This document shows positions 8,694-18,394 of a stretch of DNA of 64,000 bases, in pieces. How positions within the stretch are numbered: position 1 is the stretch's first letter; each line of letters starts with the position of its first letter. The stretch comes from a virus. Taxonomy: Duplodnaviria > Heunggongvirae > Uroviricota > Caudoviricetes. The position numbers and the translations under genes were made by a program. The DNA lies in the IMG/VR virus record IMGVR_UViG_3300019935_000001, positions 36,145 to 100,144 of that record, one strand, 5' to 3'. Below the pieces are notes generated by a model, which was not told the DNA's origin, did no database searches, and was given only the letters and a program-made list of their open reading frames with translations.

Positions 8694-9269
8694 ATGACAC
8701 GACCACAAAATGCACCAGGCTGTTACGGCGTGGGCATTGCCTCCATGAAGAGTCCTGTCTGTAAAGAATGCGCAGCTCGTGAGGGTTGCGCAGAACGAGC
8801 TGTAGAGAACCTGCAGCTCGCTTCCGAGACGGTTGATGTAACCGATTACCTCGCAGTACATGGCCTGGCGCCAAAGCATAAGGGCGAGATGCCCCGCCAC
8901 TATCTAGCAAAGGTGAAAGTCCGGAAGGCGACTCAGCAGGAGCTGAGCATGTTCACAACTATGCCCGCAAAGGCTCGATCCATTGCAGAGTCATTGGTGA
9001 AGAAGAACATCTGTCTTCACACGAGCCTATCAACGAACCAGAACCCCTTTAACACAAACAAACCTCAGTACCTGAAGCCCGTATTCGACATGATACTGAA
9101 CTCCGGGGCGGTGTCCCGCCGCTCGATTATCGACGCGATCCGCTTATCTGGCAGCTCTGCTGCAACTCAGCGATCTCAGCTGTCAACTGCAATAGGGCTA
9201 CTGGAAGGCACCGGAGTCCTGATCAGAGATGGCGCTGAAAATTACAAGGTAGCAAACCGTGACATTTAA
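8694..9269 (+). CDS. hypothetical protein (Cys-rich N-terminus)
   Basis: ATG at 8694 preceded by AAGGAG; the track ORF starts at 8661 inside cobS. Contains CYG..CKECAAREGC. Confidence 0.5.
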   Translation: MTRPQNAPGCYGVGIASMKSPVCKECAAREGCAERAVENLQLASETVDVTDYLAVHGLAPKHKGEMPRHYLAKVKVRKATQQELSMFTTMPAKARSIAESLVKKNICLHTSLSTNQNPFNTNKPQYLKPVFDMILNSGAVSRRSIIDAIRLSGSSAATQRSQLSTAIGLLEGTGVLIRDGAENYKVANRDI

Positions 9270-12200
9270 CCTGACGCACTACATTGGTTGCCGCACCCAC
9301 TTCAGTCTGGGCGAAAGCATCCTGTCCCCTAAGCGGGCCGTTAATGAGCTGTCCGGCATTGCGCCGAGCATGACGATTACCGACCTGAACTCTGTAAATG
9401 CTCTGCCGAAGTCCTACAAGGAGGCGAAGAGCGACGATTTGAATCTGAATTTTGGCGCTGTCTTTAAGGTCGTTGATGACCTGGAGTGGCGGAAGCCAAA
9501 GAAGGGTGAGAAAAAGACAGTTAACCATTTCTTCTCACCTCGACTGATCGCCAAGAATGTAGATGGCATGAAGGACATCATGCACTTGCTGTCCGTATCG
9601 AATGATGCAGACCACTTCTACATGACACCACAATGCTCCATTGAGGAGCTGATCGAGGCAGCTTCACGCGGCAACGTGTACGTGACCACCGGGGACACGG
9701 ATTCGCTGTTTGCGCACCCGGAATACAGAACAAAGCTAGTGCAGCTGGTACGCGCTCTGAAAGCGTCTGATTTGCTGTTTGAAGTCGTTCCAGTCTGCAC
9801 GGCATATTATGACCGTCTTAACGAAACGACGATCAGAGTTGCAGAGAGACTGTCTGCAGCCATGATCGTCACGCGACCGATCTATTACAGCTCCAGCATG
9901 AGCGGCACCCGCAACGCCATGTACTGCGTGAAGAATCGTAGCCAGGTAACAGAGCGCTGGCGCTCCGAGCCTGCAGTGAACAACCTGCACCCCCTGGTTG
10001 CTGCAGACATGGAGCAGGAGCTGAGCAACCTGATAGATCGAATGGTGCTGCGCGACCTGGATCGTGATGCTGTGACTGAAGCCCTGCACCGCGCTGTCGA
10101 TACCACCAACGCTCTGCCTGAAAAGCTGAACTACGCCTGGGAACCATATGACATCTGTCTACCTTCCATGAGTGATGATCCGTTTGGTGGGCTGGTAGAG
10201 ATCGTAAAGCAAGGCTGGACAGACCGGATCGAAAAGGTGGTATACGGGTTCCAACCAGATCAGAGCCAGCTACCGGAGTATCGGGAGCGCCTGAAGTACG
10301 AACTATCTGTCTTGAAGCGCATGGGCTTTGAGAACTACTTCCTTCTGGTGCATCAGGTGGTGTCGCAGGCTAAATCCATGAACATCATGGTAGGCCCGGG
10401 ACGAGGATCTGTAGGTGGATCACTCGTCGCATTTTTGATGGGGATCACCGATGTTGACCCTATCCGCTTTGGCCTGATCTTTGAACGATTCATCAACCCG
10501 GATCGACTCGACCTTCCTGATGCCGACCTCGACTTTATGTCCTCCCGCCGTGAAGACATCATTAAATGGTTGGTCAAAGAGTATGGCCAGGATTATGTGT
10601 GTGGCATCAGTAACTACGGTGAGCTTGGTGCATCTTCGGCACTAAGGAGCGCAGGTAAGATCCACGGCCTGACCGAAACCGATGTTTCATGCTCCAAACA
10701 GGTGCCGAAAGAGCACGGTTCCAGCAAGTCACTGGAAGAAGCGAGAGAAGAGGTTCCGGCAATCAAGGTCTTCGCAGATAAGCACCCGGAAGTGTGGGCA
10801 GACGCCTGCAACCTGCAGGGCATCTTCAACGTTTACGGCCAGCACGCTGCAGGTGTTGTAGTGGCCGGCGAACCCATCATTGAACGTGCTGTGGTTGAAG
10901 TCCGCAAAGGCGGTCAGCTCTGCAACTGGGACAAAAGCGTGGTCGAAGAGTTCGGCCTGGTTAAGCTCGATGTGTTGGGCCTGAGTAACCTGGATGTACT
11001 GCGCCTGGCAAAGGACTACATCAAAGAGCGTCATGGCGTAGCAATCGACTACGAGGATGTTCCGCTGGATGATCCGGACGTTCTGGCTGCATTCGGTGAG
11101 GGCAAGACAAACGCCGTGTTCCAGTTCGAGTCTGGCGGTATGAAGGGCCTGCTGAAGTCACTGGCAGAGTCCGGAAGCCTGACGTTTGAAGACATCGCAG
11201 CGGCAACCGCTCTATTCCGTCCGGGCCCAATAGACGCTGGCCTGATGGATCAGTATGTCGCCATCAAAAACGGCAACATGACAGAGACGTACCCGCATCC
11301 GATTTGTGAAGGCGCGCTGCGAGAAACATACGGGGTAATGGTCTATCAGGAGCAGGTAATGCAGATCGCTCGGGATCTGTCGGGCTTCTCGATGGCTGAA
11401 GCTGACAAGCTGCGTAAAGCGATCGGTAAGAAAGACGCCGACCTGATGGCATCAATGGGCGAGAAGTTCGTGCAGGGTGCTCAGGAGTCGGGCATGGCCG
11501 AAGTATCTGCACAGGCATTGTGGGATGACATCCTCGGCTTCGCGGCTTACTCCTTCAACAAGTCTCACTCTGTCGCCTACACGATGATCTCCTACCTGAC
11601 GATGTGGCTGAAGGTAAAGTACCCGGCAGAGTTCTTTGCCGCCTCAATGTCGATCCTGAAAGAAGAGAAGCTGCCTGGCCTGGTGCGTGACTGTACCGAA
11701 GCTGGCTTGATCGTAGTGCCCCCGGACATTAACCGCTCCACTGACAGGTTCGAGATTGGCTATGACGGTGCCAGACAGTGTGATTCTCTGATTATCCCGT
11801 TCCAGCGATTGAAGGGTCTATCCGAGAAGGCGAGCGCGGCGATTGTCGAGGCCCGTGAGAAGCGGAAAGAAGAGCAGGGCGATAGTCGCTTTGTTTCAAA
11901 GAATGACTTCCTGGGCTATGTGGTGAAGCGGGTGTGCAATGTCCGGGTACAAAGTGCCCTGGATGCGGTCGGTGCTTTCGCGGAAATCGAAGGTCAGATT
12001 CCAGCTCTGCACCCGGATCGAATCAAAGATCAGAAGACCCTGCTACCGGGACTGATCGCCAGCAATGTGAAGGCGGACAGAAAGATCGACCTGTCACCTT
12101 TCGTTCGGCGGGAGCTGGTCGGGCTGATGCAGGAAGCAAAAGACTGCTGCGAAACCTTCAAGGGTGAAACCGTTGTCGGCCCAGCAATGGCTAAAGGTCG

Positions 12201-12660
12201 CGTACCGAAATTCATGGTCGTGATGGATGCACCGAACTGGGGCGAGAAAGATGCTGGCGTCATGTTGAAGGGAAAAGCCAGCAGAGACGTGCTGACTGCC
12301 CTGGACGAAGCCGGGCTCAAGCCTAGCGAGGGTTACTTTACGGCTCTGTCGAAAATGATGAAGCCGAAAGGTGAGAAGCAGATACCACAGCAAATGCTGA
12401 TCGACTTTGGCCCTATCCTGGCGCAAGAGATCGAGCTGCTGAAGCCACCGGTGATTGTGGCGCTCGGAACGGCTGCGGCCCGCTTCCTTCTGCCTGATCT
12501 GAAAGGTGGTTGGGAAGAGATCGCAGGTACAAGCCACTACGATGCCAAGCGGGACTGCACGGTGGTGATCGGGTGCAACCCGTCAATGGTGTATTTCGAT
12601 CCCGACCGGATCAACATTATCGTGGACGCATTTGAAAAAGCACGGGAGATGACAGAATGA
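9259..12660 (+). CDS. dnaE: DNA polymerase III alpha-type (DnaE) polymerase with C-terminal UDG-superfamily-like domain
   Basis: 1133 aa. PHP-like N-terminus, then a colinear DnaE core (GPGRGSVGGSLVAFLMGITDVDP, VKLDVLGLSNL, FRPGP, FNKSHSVAY). The last roughly 150 aa resemble family-4 UDG. Confidence 0.9.
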   Translation: MTFNLTHYIGCRTHFSLGESILSPKRAVNELSGIAPSMTITDLNSVNALPKSYKEAKSDDLNLNFGAVFKVVDDLEWRKPKKGEKKTVNHFFSPRLIAKNVDGMKDIMHLLSVSNDADHFYMTPQCSIEELIEAASRGNVYVTTGDTDSLFAHPEYRTKLVQLVRALKASDLLFEVVPVCTAYYDRLNETTIRVAERLSAAMIVTRPIYYSSSMSGTRNAMYCVKNRSQVTERWRSEPAVNNLHPLVAADMEQELSNLIDRMVLRDLDRDAVTEALHRAVDTTNALPEKLNYAWEPYDICLPSMSDDPFGGLVEIVKQGWTDRIEKVVYGFQPDQSQLPEYRERLKYELSVLKRMGFENYFLLVHQVVSQAKSMNIMVGPGRGSVGGSLVAFLMGITDVDPIRFGLIFERFINPDRLDLPDADLDFMSSRREDIIKWLVKEYGQDYVCGISNYGELGASSALRSAGKIHGLTETDVSCSKQVPKEHGSSKSLEEAREEVPAIKVFADKHPEVWADACNLQGIFNVYGQHAAGVVVAGEPIIERAVVEVRKGGQLCNWDKSVVEEFGLVKLDVLGLSNLDVLRLAKDYIKERHGVAIDYEDVPLDDPDVLAAFGEGKTNAVFQFESGGMKGLLKSLAESGSLTFEDIAAATALFRPGPIDAGLMDQYVAIKNGNMTETYPHPICEGALRETYGVMVYQEQVMQIARDLSGFSMAEADKLRKAIGKKDADLMASMGEKFVQGAQESGMAEVSAQALWDDILGFAAYSFNKSHSVAYTMISYLTMWLKVKYPAEFFAASMSILKEEKLPGLVRDCTEAGLIVVPPDINRSTDRFEIGYDGARQCDSLIIPFQRLKGLSEKASAAIVEAREKRKEEQGDSRFVSKNDFLGYVVKRVCNVRVQSALDAVGAFAEIEGQIPALHPDRIKDQKTLLPGLIASNVKADRKIDLSPFVRRELVGLMQEAKDCCETFKGETVVGPAMAKGRVPKFMVVMDAPNWGEKDAGVMLKGKASRDVLTALDEAGLKPSEGYFTALSKMMKPKGEKQIPQQMLIDFGPILAQEIELLKPPVIVALGTAAARFLLPDLKGGWEEIAGTSHYDAKRDCTVVIGCNPSMVYFDPDRINIIVDAFEKAREMTE

Positions 12661-12905
12661 AGATCTATGTGAAAATTGTAGTAATGATCCTGCTGTTTGT
12701 GTCAATGGTATCATCTCTACAGCTCAGTATTGCCGTGGCCACGTTTGTGGCATCGGGTATTGTAAGCGGGTTGGTATTTGGCGTGATGCCGGGCGGTGAC
12801 AACCGATACCTTTGCAAGTTTATAGTGTTGTGCGCAGCTGTAATGGCTTACTGGGGCATGATTGTTACCTTGGTTATTCTCGCTTCTTTATACCTAAATA
12901 AATAA
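12657..12905 (+). CDS. small membrane protein
   Basis: 82 aa, strongly hydrophobic (2-3 predicted TM segments). Start overlaps the dnaE stop (ATGA). Confidence 0.55.
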   Translation: MKIYVKIVVMILLFVSMVSSLQLSIAVATFVASGIVSGLVFGVMPGGDNRYLCKFIVLCAAVMAYWGMIVTLVILASLYLNK

Positions 12906-12917
12906 GTCAGAACTTAC
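12902..12917. promoter_or_regulatory. short-spacer variant of the dispersed palindrome (TAAGT-N4-ACTTA)
   Basis: AATAAGTCAGAACTTAC overlapping the stop codon of the preceding gene. Confidence 0.35.
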
Positions 12918-12921
12918 TTTT

Positions 12922-12960
12922 AATCGACGCTGCTTTTTATTAGTATAAGCAGCGTCGATT
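12922..12960 (+). other. 14-bp-stem hairpin in the leader of the next gene
   Basis: AATCGACGCTGCTT - 11-nt loop - AAGCAGCGTCGATT. Followed by the ACACACACGAGAGAC leader. Confidence 0.5.
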
Positions 12961-12986
12961 GAGACAACACACACGAGAGACAAGCT

Positions 12987-13574
12987 ATGACCACAGATAT
13001 TTCAGATGCCGAGTTAGACGCTATCGCAGCCGAAGCTCTGGCGGAAGAAGGTCTTGAAGAGGTGGAAACTCCGGCTCCGAAAAGGCAAGCGAATCCAGTG
13101 AAGACGTTCATCAAGCAGAGCCAGCTGAAAGAAGACCTTACGTTCTCTCAGCATAACCTGAACGATGCAATGATGAACCAGGCTTCACTGTATTCGTTCT
13201 ATTCCTCCTGCTCAGCGAAGGCACAGCTGCAGGCTGACCGAATGAAAGTTGAAGTGGAGCGAGTAGAGGCGCAGATCGACAATGAGCTGCGCGAAGAAGC
13301 GAATCAGGATGGCAAGAAGGTAACTGAAGCGTTGCTGGCTAAGCAGATCCGCCTGGACCCACGTTATCAGAGGGCTGTTTCTAACCACAACGAAGCGAAG
13401 ATGGTTGCGTCAATGACAAAATCGACCACAGATGCCTTCGCTCAGCGCCGGGATATGCTGGTGCAGTTGGGCAAAGATCAGCGTGAAGAGCGCCTGGGTG
13501 AGTTGCGCGAACGAGCTAATCAGGAGCGGATGACAGACCTCAAAGACGCAGCAATGAGTAAAGTAGGGCGCTGA
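12987..13574 (+). CDS. hypothetical protein (predicted coiled coil)
   Basis: 195 aa. Conserved leader 5 nt upstream. Charged, helical-looking sequence. Confidence 0.55.
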   Translation: MTTDISDAELDAIAAEALAEEGLEEVETPAPKRQANPVKTFIKQSQLKEDLTFSQHNLNDAMMNQASLYSFYSSCSAKAQLQADRMKVEVERVEAQIDNELREEANQDGKKVTEALLAKQIRLDPRYQRAVSNHNEAKMVASMTKSTTDAFAQRRDMLVQLGKDQREERLGELRERANQERMTDLKDAAMSKVGR

Positions 13575-13579
13575 TTGGT

Positions 13580-13610
13580 ATAGAGCTGGTAACTACGTTG
13601 CCAGCTCTAT
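13580..13610 (+). terminator. hairpin ATAGAGCTGG...CCAGCTCTAT (terminator-like, no T-run)
   Basis: 10-bp perfect stem directly after the stop codon and directly before a palindrome copy. Confidence 0.4.
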
Positions 13611-13612
13611 AA

Positions 13613-13632
13613 ATAAGTCAGATCTTACTTAT
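13613..13632. promoter_or_regulatory. dispersed palindrome ATAAGT-N8-ACTTAT
   Basis: ATAAGTCAGATCTTACTTAT(AAT), 64 nt upstream of the SSB gene. Confidence 0.5.
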
Positions 13633-13695
13633 AATTCGTTTTGTCACTGACTGACATACACGAAAACACAACACTACTGAACAAGGCTTAACACT

Positions 13696-14607
13696 ATGTC
13701 TAAAATGTCCATCAAAGACCTGATCGCTCAAAAACAGAAAGACATCTCCGCTAAGAAAGGTCGTGCTCGCACCTGGAAGCCGAAGCCGGGTAAATCCCGT
13801 GTTCGCATTCTGCCAAGCTGGCGCGGTCTGGACGATCCTCACTTCTTCCACGACTTCGGTGTTCACTTCGTTAAGAACGAAAAGAAAGAAACCGATGCAA
13901 TCTACCTGTGTACTGAAGCGACTTTCGGCAAAGAGTGTCCAGTATGTCAGGCGATTGGCCAGGGCATCAAAAACTCTAATGATGATGACCAGATCAAGCT
14001 GCTGAAGTCTGCGAACGCCGGTCAGCGTTACCTGATGAACGTACTGGTTCTGTCCGAAGATGACATTAAGAGCGAGCCGCAGATCATGGAAGTGGGCACC
14101 ACAGTGTTCGAGTCCATCTGTGAAATCATCTCTGAGTACGACGACATTACCAAGCTGGAAGGCGGTGTAGATCTGGTGATCACACGCGAAGGCTCCGGTC
14201 AGTTCGATACCAAGTACACAGTAATGCCTGCTCCGAAGTCTGTGAAGGTGCCGGAATCTGTGTATCAGAAAGTCCACAACCTGGATGAATACGTTGCTCA
14301 GGAGAACGAAGAGAGCCGTAACAAGGCTGTTGCTGCAGTAAGTCGTGCAGCTGGCTTCATGCTCGCAAGCGACGACTCATTCGGTGGCCCAGCTAATGCA
14401 CTGCCAGGCGGCAAAACAGCTGCACTGCCAGACGCTGAGATGGGCTCTGTAATGGACGACATCGATCTGGATGGCATCGAAGATGCTGAAGTTATCGAGT
14501 CTCCTGCTGCAGAAGCGGTGACTGAGCCGATGGGTACATCAAGCGAGGAGGTTGCAACCGACTTCGATGATGATGAACTGGACGATCTGCTGGCTGACTT
14601 GGGCTAA
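13696..14607 (+). CDS. T4 gp32-type single-stranded DNA-binding protein
   Basis: 303 aa. RVRILPS, Zn-site-like LCTE..CPVCQAI, and an acidic tail DDDELDDLLADLG. These parallel T4 gp32 as I recall it (AVIRFLPS, CPVCQYI, DDTDLDDLLNDL). Confidence 0.8.
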   Translation: MSKMSIKDLIAQKQKDISAKKGRARTWKPKPGKSRVRILPSWRGLDDPHFFHDFGVHFVKNEKKETDAIYLCTEATFGKECPVCQAIGQGIKNSNDDDQIKLLKSANAGQRYLMNVLVLSEDDIKSEPQIMEVGTTVFESICEIISEYDDITKLEGGVDLVITREGSGQFDTKYTVMPAPKSVKVPESVYQKVHNLDEYVAQENEESRNKAVAAVSRAAGFMLASDDSFGGPANALPGGKTAALPDAEMGSVMDDIDLDGIEDAEVIESPAAEAVTEPMGTSSEEVATDFDDDELDDLLADLG

Positions 14608-14621
14608 TCAAAGCTGAACAG

Positions 14622-14648
14622 AAGGGGCCGAAAGGCCCTTTCTTCTTC
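14622..14648 (+). terminator. intrinsic terminator
   Basis: AAGGGGCC-GAAA-GGCCCTT followed by TCTTCTTC. Confidence 0.5.
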
Positions 14649-14659
14649 TGGAGACACCA

Positions 14660-15619
14660 ATGACTAAATCTTTCATGCTCATTGATGGAAACAGCCTTGG
14701 TTACGCTGCAGCAAATGCTTCACCGCTGAGCGCAAACGGCCAGCCGGTTCACGCCATTTTTCATACCCTGAAAATGATCCGCTCTGCCATCAACACCTGG
14801 AGCGACGAGTACCGCACTCCGCTCATTCTGTGGGACGGCAAAGAGTATTGGCGTAAAGACCTGTACCCGGAGTACAAGCAGCGCGATGACAACAACGAGA
14901 AGGCAAAAGCTGTCAGTGAAGACTACAAGCGCCAGCGCCCGGAGCTGATCAAGGCTCTGAAGATGCTGGGGCTGACCCAGATGATCGGTCGCAACTATGA
15001 GGCTGACGATCTGGCGGGCTATATCAGCCGTTTCTTTTCGGCAAAAGGGTACAAGGTGTTGCTGGTATCGGGCGACAAAGATTGGATTCAGCTGGTTAAC
15101 AGAAACGTGACCTGGTTCGATCCTATCAGAGATCGCAAATGCACCCGCAACACCATTGAAGATCTGACAGGCTTTGCATCCCCGGCAGACTTTCTGCAGG
15201 GCAAAGCTCTGATAGGTGACACCTCGGATAACATTCCGGGTATCGACGGTATCGGCCCTAAAGCTGCACCGTTGATCATGCAAGAGTTCGGCGGCGTTGA
15301 GGGTCTATTCGAGGCTTTCAATACGCACGGCGAGCTGGACAAGAAAGCAGGCACACTGCCTGAATCTATGAGCCGCTACCGCAAGAAGATTAACGCCTTC
15401 TGTAGCTCTCAGGAACTGCGCGACCGGTACGATCTGAATATTAAGCTGATGAACCTGCTTGATGTTCAGCTATCAATGAGCGATCTGACCACCGTTCAAT
15501 CCGAACCGAACATGTTGGCATTCCGGGAGTTCTGCGAGTACCACGCTTTCGCCTCCATTCTGCGCAATATGCGTGACTGGGAGCGCCTTTTCAAAAACAC
15601 ACTAGAGACGAAATCATGA
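14660..15619 (+). CDS. 5'-3' exonuclease / flap endonuclease (Pol I N-terminal-like)
   Basis: 319 aa. LIDGNSLGY, SGDKDWIQL, and the H3TH motif LIGDTSDNIPGIDGIGPKAA. Confidence 0.85.
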   Translation: MTKSFMLIDGNSLGYAAANASPLSANGQPVHAIFHTLKMIRSAINTWSDEYRTPLILWDGKEYWRKDLYPEYKQRDDNNEKAKAVSEDYKRQRPELIKALKMLGLTQMIGRNYEADDLAGYISRFFSAKGYKVLLVSGDKDWIQLVNRNVTWFDPIRDRKCTRNTIEDLTGFASPADFLQGKALIGDTSDNIPGIDGIGPKAAPLIMQEFGGVEGLFEAFNTHGELDKKAGTLPESMSRYRKKINAFCSSQELRDRYDLNIKLMNLLDVQLSMSDLTTVQSEPNMLAFREFCEYHAFASILRNMRDWERLFKNTLETKS

Positions 15620-16671
15620 GTCAATTCGATGCCCTGTTCGACGCAATTGGTGAGAACGACGAGCGCCAGTCTGTATCCATTTACCTGGATTCCGGCGTAC
15701 CGGAGCTGAACCATGCAGTATCAGGCCGATACCGCGGTGGCTTCGCTGTCGGTCGCCTGTACGAGATCTTTGGCCCTGAATCATGCGGCAAGACTTTCCT
15801 GTCTACCATGCTGATGATCCAGGCTCAGAAGATGGATGGCTTTGCAGGCTTCTCCGATCACGAGCGCAGCTTTGAAGATGGACTGGCTCAGAAGCTGGGC
15901 CTCGAAACCGGCAAGGGTGCTGCATGGGCCTATCGTCGCCCGGACACCCTGGAAGAGTCCTTTGATACGGCTATCGAAGCGATGGCGACGATCCGTGAGA
16001 AGGGGCTGATCCCGGACGAAGCACCGATTGTATGGACGTTCGACTCCATTGCCTCAATGGTTCCGCACTCCGTCCTCTACGACAAGGAAGGCAAGCGCCG
16101 AAAACTGACCTCCCTGAACATGCGTGACAACCTGGGCCTGGCAAAGTCTCTGTCAGATGCGCTGAAACAGTTGTCGGTATTCGCTAACGACTATAACGCG
16201 CTCTGTCTGCTGCTGAATCAGATTCGATTAGATCCGGGAATTATGTTCGGTGATCCGAACGTAACGCCGGGCGGCAAAGCTGCAAAGTTCTACTGTTCAG
16301 GCCGTGTAAGTCTGGGCAAAAAGCACCTGAAAGAAGACAAGAAGGAAACTAAGAAGCTGACCGGTGCCATCGTTTCTGCCCGCACGGTGAAAAACAAAAT
16401 TGTGCACGAAGGCGAAGATGCTCAATGGCGTATGCAGTTCCTGTCCGGTGGTCAGACTATCGTGGACAAGATTGGTACTCTGCTGGACTACTGCATTCGT
16501 GAGAGCTTCATCAAACGTTCTGGTGCTTACCTGGAGTGGGACGGCAAGAAGATCTATGCGAGCCAGCTGAAAACTCAACTGGAGGCTGCTGATGATGGGT
16601 ACGAACAGCTGCTGGCCCTGCTGCCAGAAGACGTTGATCCTGAAGACGGCGATCTGCTGGATGATGTTTGA
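15616..16671 (+). CDS. RecA/UvsX-family recombinase
   Basis: 351 aa. GRLYEIFGPESCGKTFLS (RecA-type Walker A). ATGA overlap with the FEN gene. Leader motif embedded in the FEN 3' end. Confidence 0.8.
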   Translation: MSQFDALFDAIGENDERQSVSIYLDSGVPELNHAVSGRYRGGFAVGRLYEIFGPESCGKTFLSTMLMIQAQKMDGFAGFSDHERSFEDGLAQKLGLETGKGAAWAYRRPDTLEESFDTAIEAMATIREKGLIPDEAPIVWTFDSIASMVPHSVLYDKEGKRRKLTSLNMRDNLGLAKSLSDALKQLSVFANDYNALCLLLNQIRLDPGIMFGDPNVTPGGKAAKFYCSGRVSLGKKHLKEDKKETKKLTGAIVSARTVKNKIVHEGEDAQWRMQFLSGGQTIVDKIGTLLDYCIRESFIKRSGAYLEWDGKKIYASQLKTQLEAADDGYEQLLALLPEDVDPEDGDLLDDV

Positions 16672-16674
16672 GCC

Positions 16675-16878
16675 ATGCACAAAGCCAAAAGGCTGGGGCG
16701 TCTACACGTAGTCCTGCGTGCTGAACGGGAACTCTGGTACGACACACTGGGTACCGGAGCCAGGGTTTACAAACTGCTTGGCCTTAGTTGGTATCGACAC
16801 AAGCAGTTCCGGTCCAAAGTGTGGGCAGTAACGCTGCCGTTTATTTCTCTGCACATCACCTGGTTGAAGTTCACCTAA
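16675..16878 (+). CDS. hypothetical protein
   Basis: 67-aa ORF starting 4 nt after the recA-like stop. No motif. Confidence 0.3.
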   Translation: MHKAKRLGRLHVVLRAERELWYDTLGTGARVYKLLGLSWYRHKQFRSKVWAVTLPFISLHITWLKFT

Positions 16879-16887
16879 CCAGACCAA

Positions 16888-16935
16888 TCTGCTGCTGACC
16901 TCAGACCTTTACAAGATTCTGAGGTCAGCAGCAGA
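16888..16935 (+). terminator. 18-bp perfect inverted repeat (strong hairpin)
   Basis: TCTGCTGCTGACCTCAGA - 12 nt - TCTGAGGTCAGCAGCAGA. It ends the plus-strand operon just before the IS. Confidence 0.5.
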
Positions 16936-17070
16936 CCCTTTCCTCGTCCAAGTAGATGACTTGGCTGGTACGAGACATCTGGAAACGCGCAATGTCTCAG
17001 CTGCCTGCATGGTACTGTGAGCACCCTCCGATCAACGGTTACAAAGCGACTCATCATCGTTGCCAAGGCT

Positions 17071-18372
17071 GGAGGGTGTTCACCGTTCTGTGTCACCGTT
17101 TTATTCACAGGTCGACATACTGGTCGATTCTGTCAGGGAAGTGGATGCTCAGCTGAGACAGCGTGAGGTTCCAGTTCTGCACTGGATGCGTCCACTTCTC
17201 TGAGGCCCTCAATATGCCCGCATAGAGCAGCTTCAGCAGGCTGTTTTCATTGGCGAAGCCACCCTTGGTTTTGGTCAGTTTCCGGAACTGACGGTGCACG
17301 GCCTCAACTGCATTGGTCGTGTAGATCGCACGCCTTACCTGTTCCGGGTACTTGAAGTACACCGACAGGTTCTCCCACTTGCTACGCCATGACTTGATGA
17401 CCAGCGGGTACTGTTTCCCCCACTTTGCCTCCAGCTCGTCCAGCGCCTGCTCTGCGGCGTTTCGCGTCGCCGCCTTGTAGACGCATTTCAGATCCACCAT
17501 AAATGCCTTCTGATTCTTGCTGGCGACGTACTTCATGGAGTTGCGGATCTGGTGAACAATACACAGCTGTACTTCTGTTTCCGGATAGATGCTTTCGATC
17601 GCTTCAGGAAAGCCTTTCAGACCATCCACAGAGGCAATAAGGATGTCTTTCAGACCTCGATTCTGCAGATCTGTCAGGACGCTGAGCCAGTAATGTGCAC
17701 CTTCATTTTCAGACAGATAGAGTCCCAGCAGCTCCTTCTTACCTTCGATGGTTAGCCCAAGAATGGTGTACACCGCTTTGGAGATGAAACGACCATTCTC
17801 TTTCACTTTGTAGTGAATGGCATCCAGCCAGACAAAAGGGTATACCGGCTCCAGATCACGCTCTTGCCAGGCTTTAAGCTCCGGCACCAGGCGATCAGTT
17901 ACGGCGTTAATCATGCCGTTGGAGACGCTCATACCGTACATTTCACAGATATGGTCACGGATGTTCTGGTAACTGCTGCCTAATGCAAACAGAGACAGTA
18001 TCTTGCCTTCCATTTCATCAGTCAGACGGGTCTGATATTTCCTGACAGTCTGGGGCTCAAATGAGCCATTGCGATCTCTCGGCGTCTCCAGCTCGAACTC
18101 GCCAGCAGCGGTTTTGACTGTTTTCTTTGAGGTGCCATTTTTCCGATTGGCGGCCGGATTTTCTGCAAGGTGCTCATCAATCTCTGCACCCAATGCGGCT
18201 TCAGTGATCTGTTTGATCAGTGGTGTCAGGAGGCCATCCTTGCCATTGAGGTTCTGTCCAGATTGCAGCGCTTTGGCAAACGCCTGAATATCGATTTCGT
18301 ACTTGTCAGACATGATGTGTCGCTCCCCGTTTCACTCAGTGTAGGAAACGACACAGAACTCTGAACACTACC
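17071..18372 (-). mobile_element. IS256-family insertion sequence (about 1.3 kb)
   Basis: Single Mutator-type transposase gene. Imperfect terminal inverted repeats: GGTGTTCACCGTTCTGTGTC (about 17075-17094) versus the reverse complement of GACACAGAACTCTGAACAC (18350-18368). No target-site duplication could be identified. Confidence 0.7.
17105..18313 (-). CDS. IS256-family (Mutator-type) transposase
   Basis: 402 aa. Typical family N-terminus (GKDGLLTPLIKQITEAALGAEIDEHL) and core (WLDAIHYKV, VDGLKGFPEAI, CIVHQIRNS). Confidence 0.9.
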   Translation of the reverse strand: MSDKYEIDIQAFAKALQSGQNLNGKDGLLTPLIKQITEAALGAEIDEHLAENPAANRKNGTSKKTVKTAAGEFELETPRDRNGSFEPQTVRKYQTRLTDEMEGKILSLFALGSSYQNIRDHICEMYGMSVSNGMINAVTDRLVPELKAWQERDLEPVYPFVWLDAIHYKVKENGRFISKAVYTILGLTIEGKKELLGLYLSENEGAHYWLSVLTDLQNRGLKDILIASVDGLKGFPEAIESIYPETEVQLCIVHQIRNSMKYVASKNQKAFMVDLKCVYKAATRNAAEQALDELEAKWGKQYPLVIKSWRSKWENLSVYFKYPEQVRRAIYTTNAVEAVHRQFRKLTKTKGGFANENSLLKLLYAGILRASEKWTHPVQNWNLTLSQLSIHFPDRIDQYVDL

Positions 18373-18394
18373 GCACCACTAAATTATGACCTTT

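Noticed and set aside
17060-18385. Target-site duplication flanking the IS256-family element.
   Set aside because: I could not find matching 8-9-bp direct repeats at either candidate boundary, so the exact IS ends remain approximate.
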